Made by a program: the position numbers and the translations under genes | Assembly (NCBI RefSeq): GCF_018977255.1 | Contig: NW_024704743.1 | Location: 68,016,001 to 68,080,000, forward strand | Source: Callorhinchus milii | Lineage: Eukaryota | Direction of reading: 5' to 3' | DNA length: 64,000 nucleotides | Notes under the pieces: generated by a model | What the model was told of the DNA's origin: nothing | Database searches by the model: none | Seen by the model: only the letters and a program-made list of their open reading frames with translations | Shown here: one piece after another, positions 1-12,036 of the stretch | Numbering within the stretch: position 1 is the stretch's first letter | Layout of the letters: every line of letters starts with the position of its first letter

Positions 1-1104
1 ATAATGGCAGTTGGAGAAAGTACTGGGTGGAAAGAGATATTAGCACGATAACATTGTCTATTGATTGAACACTGACAGTGTGTTTGAAAGGCCAAACACT
101 GAATACTGTCTAAATTTGCCACATTTAGCAATACAAGGTGAACTACTTGCTTTTTCCACCCCCCAATAAATTGTGTGTAATATATATATATATCCAATTT
201 CCAGAAAATATGTGGTGCAGGCTGACAAGAGCCAAGGATTGCGGACTTGAGTTTCTTTCCTTACATCTTCAATTTATGTTTTTAAAACTCTAAATTATTA
301 ACCAAGCACTTCTTGGCAATATCTAATTCACTGTCCTTTTTTCCTCTCAACTTGGCCTATCAAATGGGTTACTCAATAGACAAAAAAGGCTGAGAACCAT
401 CAGCAAACTGATGGGAGTGACTGGTGTTAAGAAGCTAATATTATCATAAGCATCATCATGGTCCTGATGAAACACTTGAAATGGCTACATGATCACAAAG
501 ACACACTACCGAATGTGTCATGAGCAGATTCAGAGAAAATCTTACAGAAGGATTAGCGCTTGTAGAATTCACTGTAAAACGATCAATGGATAATCCAGTC
601 AGTTTATAGTATCATTTCTTGAAAACTATGATAAAAAATTTAATTCAGATAAGAACTTAGCATATTTGGTTCTCACAAGTAGATTTCTACAACAATAAGT
701 TCTACTATAGACAATTACTAGAAACCTGTAGCTCAAGCTTTCACTTTTGTTGTCTGTTAACTCTTATCTCATGTACCTTCTGGGCATGTTTTGAGTTGGT
801 GCACATGTGAAACAATCTGGATTTACCCAGGTTATTTCCAATAGCAAGAACGCACGAGGGAGATAGCTTGTCCCAAAAGTATATTACCAGATGTACACTG
901 AAGCCAAATCGACAATGGAATCACATCAAACTGTGCAGTTTCCTGCTTTCTCTTGCTTAGAGTAGGGAAATCAATGGCACAGCCACAAAAATAACAGTGA
1001 CACAATAAACTAACAGCAGTAAAACGTTCTTGGGTCTTTATCACACAATAAAGCGCGGTTTGTACGGCTGGATTAATATCCTGAAGTGACGCTCGATTAC
1101 CTTC

Positions 1105-1280
1105 GGGAGTGGGTATAAAAGCAATGGAAAAGGTGCACCGTAGATTCATTAAGATGTTGGCAGTTATCAAGAAAGACTGGAGAATTTAGAGATTTTTCAC
1201 TAAAACAGAGAAATTTAAGGGGTGATTTGATAGTGATCTTCAAGAATGTGACAGTATAGCAAATAGATTTGTATCCGCTT
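1105..1280 (+). mobile_element. Old, decayed CR1-type LINE fragment (ORF2 C-terminus), left part; continues at ~3981-4125 after a younger CR1 insertion
   Basis: Degenerate translation KAMEKVHRRFIKML...FSLKQRNLRGDLIVIFK resembles the CR1 'LERVQRRFTRM...FSLE.RRLRGDLIEV.K' segment; the continuation at 3981-4125 has TRG and NSLPQTIVE-like remnants. Confidence 0.65.
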
Positions 1281-3980
1281 AGAACATAATTAGGAGCAGG
1301 AGTAGGCCATTCGGCCCCTCGGGCCTGCCCCGCCATTTGATAAGATCATGGCTGATCTTCAGACCTAACTCTAATTACCTGCCTTATCCCCATATCCCCT
1401 AATCCCTCTATTTTTTAAAAATCTATCAGTCTCAGCCCCGAAGATGTTCAAGGACTGAGCATCTACAGCCTTCTGGGGTAGCGAATTCCATAGCCCTTTA
1501 AGAATCTTATATGTTTCAATAAGATCTCCCCTAATTCTTCTGTACTCTAGAGAATATAGCCCGAGTTTATTCAGCCTATCGTCATAGGTCAGTCCCCTCA
1601 TCCCAGGAACTAACCGAGTGAATCTACGCTGCACCCCCTCTGGGGCAAGTATGTCCTTTTTTAAATAAGGAGACCAAAACTGCACACAATACTCTAGGTG
1701 CGGTCTCTCCAAGGCCCTATACATTTGCAGCAAGACTTCCCTACTCTTGTACTCTAAACCTTTTGCCATGAACGCTAACACGCCGTTCGCCTTCTTAGTT
1801 GCTTGCTGCACCTGCAAACTGACTTTTTGAGACTGGTGTACAAGGACACCCAAATCCCTCTGATCACTAACACGATCTAATCTCTCCCCCTCTAGAAAAT
1901 AATCTATTTTTCCTACCTAGGTGAATAACTTCACACTTCCCCACATTAAATTCCATCTGCCACCTACTCGCCCACTCCCCTGGCCTATATCCTGTTGCAA
2001 TCTTTTTGCATCATCCTCAGAGCTTACTCTCCCACCTAGTTTAGTGTCATCCGCGAATTTAGATACGTTACATTCAATGTCCTCGTCTAGATCATTGATG
2101 TAAATTGTAAATAGCTGAGGCCCAAGCACTGATCCTTGTGGCACTCCACTAGTCACATCCTGCCAATTCGAGAATGACCCGTTTATCCCTATTCTCTGTT
2201 TTCTACCGGTTAGCCACTCTTCAATCCATGCTAATATGTTCCCATTAATCCTGTGGCCTTAACCTTGTGCAATAGCCTTTTGTGTGGCACTTTGTCAAAT
2301 GCCTTTTTAAAATCTAAATATACTACATCTACTGGTTCCCCCTTATCTAACCTGCTAGATACATCTTCAAAAAACTCTAAAAGATTAGTTAAGCATGACT
2401 TCCCTTTTGTAAAGCCATGTTGACTCTGCCTAATCTTGTTATGGTCTTCCAGGAATCCCATAACGACATCTTTAATTAAGGACTCAAGAATTTTCCCTAC
2501 CACTGATGTCAGACTAACTGGTCTATAGTTCCCCATCTTTTCTCTCCCACCCTTCTTAAATAGTGGTGTTACGTTTGCAATCTTCCAATCAATGGGAACC
2601 GTTCCAGAATCCAGAGAATTTTGGAAGATCAAAGACAAGCCATCCACTATCTCAGTAGCCACCTCTTTTAAAACCCTAGGATGTAGGCCATCAGGTCCAG
2701 GAGATTTATCAGTTTTAAGACCTGATAATTTACCTAAAACCATTTCTTTACTAATATTAATTCCTCCAAGTTGCTCGCTAACATTTTCTTCTTGGTTCCC
2801 CTCTATTCTTGGTAGGTTTTCAGTGTCTTCTAAGGTGAAGACAGTAGCAAAGTACTTGTTTAATGACTCTGCCATGTCTTTGTCCCCTACTATAATTTCC
2901 CCCGTCTCTGCCTGTAGCGGACCCACATTTACCTTTGACAGCCTCTTCCTCTTTATATATTTATAAAAACTCTTGCAGTCTGTCTTTATGTTCCTCGCTA
3001 GTTTGCCCTCATATTCCATTTTCTCCCTCTTAATCACTTTTTTGGTTCTCCTTTGTTGATCCCTAAAGTTCTCCCAATCCTCGGGTTTACTACTCATCTT
3101 AGCTGTTTTATAGGCTTCTTCCTTTAACTTTATACTTTCCCTAACTGCTCTAGTTAGCCACGGTTGGGCCACCTTTCCCGTGGCATTCTTATTCCTCAAA
3201 GGAATACGTGCTCGCTGGGAATTTTGCACTATCTCCTTAAACGTCTGCCATTGCTGGTCTACTGTCAAATCCTTAAGTCTAATTTCCCAGTTTATTTTGG
3301 CTAAATCCTCTCTCATACCAGCAAAATTGGCTCTACTTAAATTTAAAACCTTTGCTTCGGACTTAACTACTCTCTCTAACTTAATGCTAAATTCCATCGT
3401 ATTATGATCACTTTGCCCTCGAGGAGCCTTAATTTCCAGTTTGCTGATCAGCCCAGCTTCATTGCACAAAACAAGGTCTAATATGGCCTGTTCCCTGGTT
3501 GGCTCCTCGGCATACTGATCTAGATAATTATCCCTAATACATTCTATAAACTCTTCCTCTATCATATTTTTCCCAATTTGGTTGTCCCAATCTATGTGCA
3601 GATTAAAATCACCCACAATTAATGTTTTTTCCTTTACTATATGCTCTGCTAATTTCCTGATTTATACCTTGAGAGATACTGTGATTGCTGTTCGGGGGTC
3701 TATAAACTACTCCCACTAGAGTTTTCTGCCCCTTGTTGTTACGTACCTCTACCCATACTGACTCTACTTCCTGCTTTTCTGATTTAAAATCTTTCCTCTC
3801 TACTGTTTTTATCCCATCCTTTATTAGCAGGGCCACCCCCCCTCCTCGTTTACCACATTGCCTATCTTTCCTATACACCACGTTACCCTGGAATATTTAG
3901 CTCCCACCCTTGATCTCCCTGTAACCATGCCTCGGTGATGGCTACTAGATCATATCCGCTTGTTTCTATTTGTGCAAAGT
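1281..3980 (-). mobile_element. CR1/HER1-type LINE, 5'-truncated, covering most of ORF2 (APE endonuclease + reverse transcriptase) with frameshifts/deletions, plus 3' UTR
   Basis: ORFs 3883-4095 (GYDLVAITEAW), 3609-3881 (GGGVALLIK, GVVYRPP), 2231-3616 (MGDFN, LDLVL, SDH, KSPGPDG, NYRPVSLTS, QHGF, YLDFKKAFDKVPH), 1917-2156 ([17 protein letters not shown]), 1371-1853 (RPHLEYCVQFWSP); 3' tail on minus ...gaatggcctactcctgctcctaattatgttct; candidate TSD GCTT at 1277-1280/3981-3984. Confidence 0.95.
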
Positions 3981-4319
3981 GCTTGTTGATGAAAATAACA
4001 AGAGGGCAAAAAAAATCACAAAAACTATTGTTAGAGCTTATAAAAATATTTGTGGACACAGAGGCATGTTTGGAATGTAAAATTCCTTGCCGCAAACCAT
4101 AGTTGAAGGAAAGTCTATAAAAGGGAATTACAATACAATTTACATTTATATAGCATCTTTAGGGTTGAGAGGACATCTCACTTGACACTGCTGGCTGAGC
4201 ACTGGAACTGGGGATGAGAGATGAAGTCAGTGGAAGGGGAAAGGTAACCAAAAGCTCAGTCAAAAGGCACATCTTGAGATGAGCCTTGAATGCAGGGAAT
4301 TAAGATGACAAACATTAAA

Positions 4320-4790
4320 AGTTATGGGGAGTCAGCAGGAGAGCTATGATGAAAGGCTTGGTAAGGCTCGGGTTATATTCCTCAGGACAGAGGAGGTTAA
4401 GGAGCAATTTGATTGGGTTATTCAAAACAATGAAAGGAATTGGCAGGCCAGATAGTGGACGATTTTTACCCTTGGTAGAGAGATCCATTAAAATCAAAGG
4501 TAAAACAGTTAGAACCAAGATCAGGAAGCATTTCTTCCTGCAGAGAGTTGCAAAGATGTGGATTGAGCTTTGTCTCAGAAAACTGCAGAGGTGGAATCAA
4601 TAGGGAATCTTAAGAGAGAGATTAATAGCAAAGCAAAAGGATAACAGTGCCACAAATACTAACCGCAGTAAAATGTTCATGTGTCTTATACTTGGGTAGT
4701 AGAGGCATAAAAGAGATCAGCAAAAGACAGGGGCATTGAGATCAAAAGATCTAACAAGATCTCATAAAATGGTGGAATAGGCTCAATGAT
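4320..4790 (+). mobile_element. Decayed CR1 3' fragment
   Basis: ORF 4346-4603 LGLYSSGQRRLRSNLIGLFKTMKG...RKHFFLQRVAKMW; 3' UTR-like agatctcataaaatggtggaataggctc. Confidence 0.8.
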
Positions 4791-5927
4791 AAAATTGGTT
4801 GCAATCTATGACTTTGTGGAGGGGAAAACACTGTGTGTGGTACAGAATGTTCAGACTGTCACCTTTCCTGGTCACTTGTTCCAGTCACTCAGTGGTAACG
4901 AACTTCCTCCTACACTTCAGAAGTACAATTTATCTTCACTGCAGGCTTAGCTCACAGCAGGAAAAAAAACGGCAAAATAATTGGAATATTTGTACAGCAT
5001 TGTCCAGAACAAAAAAATTGCAATGAAAATAATAATAATCCTTGCATTTGATATAGTGTCATGTCACAATGTCTCAAAGCACTTCACAGGATTTATTCTA
5101 AAGTTTATTGACTACGAACACAGCAGCCAATTTCTACAGAACAATGGCCCACAGACACCCATGATAGAACAACCCCTTCTTGATAAGCTAAGCAAAAATT
5201 GGTGAACCCAACAGTGGATTTCACTGGAATTCCAGTGACTGGAATATATTTTATTTTTCCTATGAACTTTACTACCATGACACATCTCAAGGTTCACTCC
5301 CACATTATCAAATTTATCATCTTTCTGCCAGTTATTCACATGCTATCATCTGAAGTGCAAGTCAGCAGTTGATAATGTAGTCTTCAATAAAGATGCTGGC
5401 TTTTCTACCCATTTCATGTCATGTGTCTGTTTCCACAGAGGGAGGTCTTTGCAGTAATAGAGTCTGTGTCCTCATTATTGACCTGAAGCAAGCTGAGAGC
5501 GAACGACCACAGTGGATAGCAAAGCTGAGAAAGATCTCCAAGCAGTAATCCTGCCTTTGTACTTCCCAAACAGTTCTGTATTTTATGCATTTGCAGATAA
5601 AATTGTTCCATGTTGCACTTTAAAAACAAAAATAATTACATTTTTACTCAATGTTTAGAAACGTGCTTCAATCGCATAAGAGCAGAGACTGGGCAAGGTT
5701 TGCATTAATCATGTGAATGGCCATTGGGACATCCTCCATAGGATGTAATTTTAAAATCACCGGCACTCCTCAATTTAATTAACAATAAATTAGGCAGTTC
5801 ACAGATAACAGCATGTTTCAGCAGATCAGGGCTTGTATGATAGAAATAGAAGTGGCGAATTACAGCTGAAACATTAAAGAACAGGATTTTACACCAGCAA
5901 GCAAGATTTGTGGTACATTTGTGAAAA

Positions 5928-5950
5928 TGGGGGGGGGGGGGGGGGGGGGG
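5928..5950 (+). repeat. poly-G tract
   Basis: Run of >20 G. Confidence 0.9.
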
Positions 5951-6644
5951 TGTGGAACAGAAGCAGGAATTCGAAAGAAGACCTCCTAAAGATGGTCAGA
6001 TTTCACAGAGTATAGCATAGCCTGTACAGCACTAAAACAGGCCAATTAGTCAAATAATCATGTGTTTATACTCCACATGAACCTCCACCCATCCGAATCC
6101 CACCCCCCATAAGCTTGTATTCTCTTCGCCCCTCTTGACTGCAATGTTTCTACAGTCAAACTGATGGATCATTTTTCATAATAGTTAATATTAGCCAAAC
6201 CTAAAACATTTTAAATTGCTCTACTTCATTGCTATTCGCTGTTAGACTACAAGAGTAAAATTGTCCAAAAAGGACCGAAAAAGTTAACAAAAAAGTCAAA
6301 GCAAAATGATAATTGTCAACAACAGGCATGAATAATTGTGAGTAATCTGTTTCTGAATTGAGCCACAGTAAGAGCTTCAGTGTTAAGGATCAGCTTATTT
6401 TTGTGCTGAATTAATAGTTATTATTACACCACATATGAGGTTATCATTTGCATGAAGTATTCTTCGTGTCTCATGGAGAGGCCCTCACAACAGATGGGAC
6501 GATGAGGAGAGAAAAAAAAGTTCCACATCTGGATTTAGCCATCTAAAATTAAAATTCATCAGTATGGGTAAAGTGACTATTATTACACCATGTGAACAGT
6601 GATGACATAATTGCATCAGTTGGTAAAAAGATATTTTTGGTACA

Positions 6645-8063
6645 CAACAGCAACAAGATTACATTTGAATAGCGCTTTTCACGTCGGGAGGACGTCTCAA
6701 GGCACTTGACCGTGTACAGCATTTCAGACCTGAGCTGGGGTCAGGGGGTAGAAGGGAGGGGTGGGGAAGGGGGGGTGACTGATGGCATGGTTGAAGAGGA
6801 GGGTCTTGAGGCGGGACTTGAAGAAGGCTAAAGAGGGGGCGAGGAGGAGTGACTGGGGGATGGAATTCCAGAGGTTGGGGCAGAGTGGCTGAAGGCTCTC
6901 CCACCAATGGTGGGGCGGGTGGGTCGGGGGATGTAGAGCAGGCCAGAGCCGGCTGAGCGGAGGCAGCGGATGGGTTGGTAGGGGGTAAGAAGGTCACAGA
7001 GGTAGGGTGGGCTGAGGCCTGGGAGGGCTTTGTATGTAAGAACCAGGATCTTGAACTGGATTCTCTGAAGGATAGGGAGCCAATGGAGTCGGGTGAGAAT
7101 GGGGGAGATGGGGTCACGGAGTTTGGTGCGGGAGAGGACTCGGGCTGCAGAATTATAGATTAACTGTAGCCTGTGGAGGGAGGAGTTGGGAAGGTCGACA
7201 AACAGGGCATTTGCATAGTCGAGCCTAGAGGCGATGAAGGCATGAACAAGAGTTTCAGCGACCTGAGGGGTGATGTAGTGGCGGAGTCGGGTGATGTTAT
7301 GGAGGTGAGGGAAGGCAGAGCGGGTCATGGCTTGGATGTGGGGGAGAAAAGACAGTTGAAAAGACACCGAGATCCCTGACTGGCTTGGTGAGTTGAAGTG
7401 TGCAACCATAGAGGTTGATGTTGCCAGAGCCTGAGGTGCAGAAGTGTTGGCGCAAGCCATTCAGGAGAGCCTCAGTCTTGTTCACATTTAACTGTAGGAA
7501 ATTTGCCCTCATCCAGGACTTGATGTCCAACAGGCAGTCTGTCAGGACAGCAGTGGTCCTGGAGTTGAGGGTGGAGGCAGAAAGATAGAGTTGGGTGTCA
7601 TCCGCATACATATGGAAGTTAACCCCATGTCTGCGGATGATGTCACCAAGGGGGAGCATATAGATATTAAAGAGGAGAAGGCCAAGGACACAGCCCTGGG
7701 GGATGCCATTCGTGACAATGCCGGGGCTGGAGGAGAAACCGTTAGAGGCAACAAAGTGGAGACGATGAGAGAGATAGGAATCAAACCAGGCAAGTGCAGG
7801 TCCGCAAAGGTTAAGTAAAAGATTGAGCCGAGAGGAGAGGCGGTGTATGAGGACGGAGTGGTCAACAGTGTCGAAGGGGGCAGAGAGGTCGAGGAGGACA
7901 AGGAGGCAGATGGAGCCCTGATCACAGATGTTCAGAATGTCATTAGTGACTTTGACCAGGGCTGTTCCTATGCTGTGGGCAGCGCGGAAGCCGGATTGGA
8001 GGGGTTCAAAGAGGGAATGGCGAGAAAGAAAGGAGCGGAGCTGGGATGCGATGACTCGTTCCA
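6645..8063 (-). mobile_element. L2-clade LINE, 3' portion with RT domain and terminal tail
   Basis: ORF 7297-8076 (QSGFRAAHS, LLDLSAPFD, GIPQGCVLG, YADDTQLY); ORF 6828-7460 (LVHAFIASRLDYAN, LHWLPI); terminal stem-loop acgtc-ctccc-gacgt and (TTG)n tail at ~6645-6700. Confidence 0.95.
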
Positions 8064-8064
8064 C

Positions 8065-8357
8065 TTGATATAGCACTTTTCACGTCAGGAGGACGTCCCA
8101 AAGCGCTTCACAGAACACACTGTAAAGTGAATTGACTGTATATTTGTGGGCGAACGCGGCAGCCAATTGCGCACAGCAATGTCCCACAAACAGTCGTAGA
8201 TTGAAAATGACCAATTTATTATTGTTTCTGTTGTTGGAGGGATTATTATTAGGCGTGTGGAGTAAGGAAACTTGCCCAAGGTTTCGCCCTGCCTGGAATT
8301 GAACTCAGGTCTCTCGCTTGCAAAGCAAGTGCTCTAACCACTAAGCTACAGGACTCC
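8065..8357 (-). mobile_element. tRNA-Ala-headed SINE (CmiSINE-like, short variant) inserted in the L2
   Basis: Minus strand GGAGTCCTGTAGCTTAGTGGTTAGAGC (A box), TTTGCAA anticodon-loop remnant, GAGTTCAATTCC (B box), CCTTGGGCAAGT CORE-like motif, then Deu-type 3' half and L2-like tail. Confidence 0.9.
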
Positions 8358-8625
8358 TTGGAGAGGAATGGGAGGTTAGAGATGGGGTGGTAGCTGGAGA
8401 GGAGGGATGGATCCGGGGAAAGTTTTTTCAGGATGGGGTGATGACGGCTGTTTTTAGGGGGGTGGAAACTGAACTGGTGGACAAAGAGAGGTTGATGATG
8501 TCGGACAGGAGAGGGGCCAGAAGATGGAGCTGGGAGATGAGGAGAGAGGTGGGGATGGGATTGAGGGATCAGGTAGTGGGTTTGAGTTTGCCCAGAGAGA
8601 ATAGAGGTTTTGCAATGATTCAGAA
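8358..8625 (-). mobile_element. Upstream continuation of the L2 at 6645-8063
   Basis: PILKKLSPDPSLLSSYHPISNLPFLSK joins to ERVIASQL across the SINE. Confidence 0.9.
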
Positions 8626-10554
8626 GGTTTAAGTACAAAAACAAGACATTAATTTATAACATCTCTGCAGCTGGAATTTACCTCAATAAATTGCAAAACA
8701 AAGATGGTGGAAAAATCCCAATGTGAGATTCAAAAGGTGCCAGGCTGGGAGAGAGACACTCTGCCACCCAAAGGCCATTTCAATGCTCACGCTTAACATC
8801 CCACAGTGTTCACCAAGTATCATCCACAAAACACACAACTGCACTACACTTTACAATATAACCTGTGAAGCTCTTTGGGACATCTGCACGACGCGAAAGG
8901 CAAGAATGTATTATTTTATGATTACATTATTATATTATTATTAACTACTATTGCACAAATGTTACCCTGCCTTTGCTTATGAAAATAATTTCTGAAAATA
9001 TCTAATTTCTCAAAAGTACAAGATTAAGTGGTTTGTCGTCAAAGATAGTAAATCCATCAACAACTACAATATACAGTAAAAATAGATCATCCAGCCACCA
9101 TTCACCCCCAAAACTGATTCCTTCCACACATCTATCTCATTATCTTCAAAGCCAGATACCTTTACATTTCTAGGTCTCGATCCATTTTATAAAGCACTTT
9201 ACAATTCCCTTTTTTCTAGCAATTTGTCCATCACCCTTTTGCTAACAGATACCTCTTCTTCTGACCAACTCTGTATTTACTGCATCAGTAATTTACGTGG
9301 TCAATGTATAAGAGGCTTAACATGAAATGGCAACATCTAAACATACAAACCTGTTCTTGAATGTCTCTCCAGTGGTATTTCCGAGATACAATTTCATGCT
9401 TTGTGACATTTTGTTCTACTGTGAAGAAATTTCTAAACTAGAGAACTTGTGCCTATTTTTAAAAAATAGAATGCAACAAAACATACTACTGTGAAATAGG
9501 TCATGCTGAAGATTCACATCATTATAACAATTTTCTTATATCAGCATAAAGTTTATCATAAGGAAAGCTACAGGGCAATTGAGTTGTCTGACCTGAATCT
9601 ATTTGCAGGAAAACATGTTCTTCCCAGGCCTTCGATAGTCATTCACCAACATGAAGAACGCACACACNAAAAAAAACCTCAGATGGACACAGATCTTTCA
9701 AAATACAAAACAATCACCACCTAACAGGAGCTGTGACAAAGTGGTGAGCATTGCTCTACAATTTAGAAAGTTGGTTCTTAAAAGAACACTCACACAGTCT
9801 GCTAGTCAAAATGAAACAAATGGTCAGGGGAATGAATAGGGATTTGAGATTAGGATGGATGGCTACTTGGAGCAGCAAACTCCAGTGAGGAAAAATAATA
9901 ATTCTTCCATTTGCATTTGATATGGCACCTTGTCATGGTGTCGATAAGTCTTGAGGTGTGTCACAGAATATACAGTGAGGTAATGATTGTTTTATGTAGA
10001 ATGCATGTTATTCATATGCTGAATGGCCTTCTTCTGTGTTCTACACATCAATGCTTCCATCTGGCGTCATTGTAATACGTAAGTGAATGGCATGAAAATA
10101 TTCAAGGATGCAAGGAACATTCTTTCCTGCAAGTGCTCTCTGGAAGTTGTAGAGAAAAGCAGGGGAGGATTTGAATGCCGCAATGCCTCCTGTTTGCCAT
10201 TGCCCTCAAGAGTCTTCACAATGTAAAAGCAGCATCAGTGAGCAATTTCTCCCTCTGGTAAACTAACAAACTATATTCAGTGTTGTCAGCCAGAGTTGAT
10301 GTTCTCAATAATCACACAGGATAATTTTTTTTGGTCAGCTGGCTGGCAGAAGCTGTGGTTGAAGCAAATGACATCAATGTATTCAAAAGGAAAAAAAAGC
10401 AATGGAGGAGCATAAGAGAGGGAAATAAGAAAGGTGTGGCGGCTTCTGCGGAGTATAAAACACCAGCACAGACTGACTTGACTGAAAAGCTCATTTCCAT
10501 GCTGTATCGTAATTATTCCAGTGAGGGTTGCAATTTTATGCATGTGGATGCCCA

Positions 10555-10970
10555 CAGGGTAGCACTCTCGCCTCCAACTCAAAAGATTGTGCGTTCGAGC
10601 TCCACATCGGAACTTTCAACTCACATAGTCCAGGCTGACACTCCAATACAGTGCTGGGGGCGTGCTGCATTGGTGAAGGAGCTATCCTTCAGATAAGACG
10701 TCAAACTGAGCTGCCTGTTCATGTCAACGTTAGAGATCCATGGCACTATTCGAAAAGGGAGATTCTCCTGCTGTCCTGATCAACAATCCCCCAAATAAAA
10801 TTGGTCATTCACTTCATGGGTTGTTTGTAGGACATTGCTGTGGCCAAAATTGGCTGTCATATTTACCTACAAAATAGTCACTACACTTTATAGTAAATCC
10901 TGTAAAGACTTTGAGACGTCCTTCCGATATGGAAGGCGCAATATCAAATACAAGCATATTATTATTATAA
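10555..10970 (+). mobile_element. Deu-domain SINE (SacSINE1-like)
   Basis: gtagcactctcgcct..gttcgagctcc tRNA-like head, ggctgacactcca, gatccatggcactattcgaaa, ggtcattcacttcatgg, L2-like tail ending (ATT)n. Confidence 0.85.
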
Positions 10971-11023
10971 ATAAATTAACCTCACTTTTATTCTCAAAGC
11001 TCAAACACCACATGTATCTAAAC

Positions 11024-12036
11024 CAATGGCGGCCAACCTGTGGGCCCAGATGGCCCTCAGGGCTGCCAAGAATGGACTCACCCGAACATTTGCACATCCG
11101 TGTTCAATCAGTAATATGTTTTCAGTTTATTCGTGATTGGATATTTCTCGATTTATGCCATAAATCTGCAGACATGGGGTAAATTTCCACATGTATGAGG
11201 ATGACATCCAACTCTATCTCTCTGCCTCCACCCTCAACTCCTGGACTACTGGCGTCCTGACCGACTGCCTGTTTGACATCAAGTCCTGGACGAGGGACAA
11301 CTTTCTCAACTCAAAGTCAGCAAGACCGAGGCCCTCCTGATTGGCTCTCGCCAGCGCCTCCGCACCTCAGGCGCTGGCAGTATCAGCCTCCACGGCTGCA
11401 CACTCAACCTCACTAAGCCAGTCATGAACCTGGGTGTCTTGTTTGACCCTGAACTGTCCTTCTTCCTCCACATCTGCGCCATGACCGCACTGCCTACCAC
11501 CACAACATTGCCGGACTCCGCCACTGCCTCACCCCTCAGGCTGCCGAAACCCTCACCCACGCATTCGTCACATCAAGGCTCTATTACGGAAACTCCCTCC
11601 TCATCGGCCTTCCCAACTCTTCCCTTCACCAGCTGCAGATCATCCAAAATGCCGCAGTTCGTGTCCTCTCGCGCATCAGGCTCCGTGACCCCATCACTCC
11701 CACCCTCGCCCAACTCCCCATCCCCCAGAGGATCGAATTCAAAATCCTCGTCCTCACTTTCAAGGCCATCCATGGCCTTGCCCCCTCCTACCTCTCTGAC
11801 TTGCTGACTCTCTATCAACCTGCGCGCTCCCTCCGTTCATCAGGCTCCAGCCCACCCAACCATCAGTGGCCGGGCTTTCAGCCTCTCTGCCCCCACACTC
11901 TAGAACTCCATCCCATGGTCCCTTCTCCTCGCTTCCTCCCTTACCTCCTTCAAGGCCGGTCTCAAGACCCTTCTCTTCGATCATGCATTTCGTCGCCCTC
12001 CCACCTCTCTGCCTTATATTTTGTTGGCTACCACTG
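11024..12036. mobile_element. Non-autonomous hAT (Charlie-like) DNA transposon containing an L2 fragment
   Basis: Perfect 8-bp TSD ATCTAAAC (11016-11023, 12037-12044); imperfect 14-bp TIRs CAATGGCGGCCAAC / GTTGGCTACCACTG (11/14 match). Confidence 0.8.
11156..12012 (+). mobile_element. L2 LINE fragment (RT C-terminus into 3' UTR, no terminal tail)
   Basis: gacatggggtaaatttccacatgtatgaggatgac (HGVNFHMY.DD), NLGVLFDPELSF; colinear with the other L2 copies. Confidence 0.9.

Noticed and set aside
832..1170. 112-aa minus ORF and possible donor GAAG|GTAATC near 1100
   Set aside because: No recognisable protein; partly overlaps an old CR1 remnant; does not fit the expected exon 2
2231..3616. 461-aa ORF as a domesticated or active RT gene
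   Set aside because: Flanked by frameshifts, split from the FADD motif, 5'-truncated: a dead CR1 copy
5429..5548. Plus-strand acceptor-like ttccacag followed by GGLCSNRVCVLIIDLKQAESERPQWIAKLRKISKQ*, faintly like a PH-domain C-terminal helix
   Set aside because: Only ~35 codons, antisense to the inferred gene, no partner exons; cannot be distinguished from chance without a search
8280..8357. tRNA-like sequences with A/B boxes (also ~15950-16025, 16625-16701)
   Set aside because: SINE heads: no proper acceptor stem and continuous with SINE bodies
9668..9668. Ambiguous base n before an A run
   Set aside because: Assembly/sequence ambiguity, not biology
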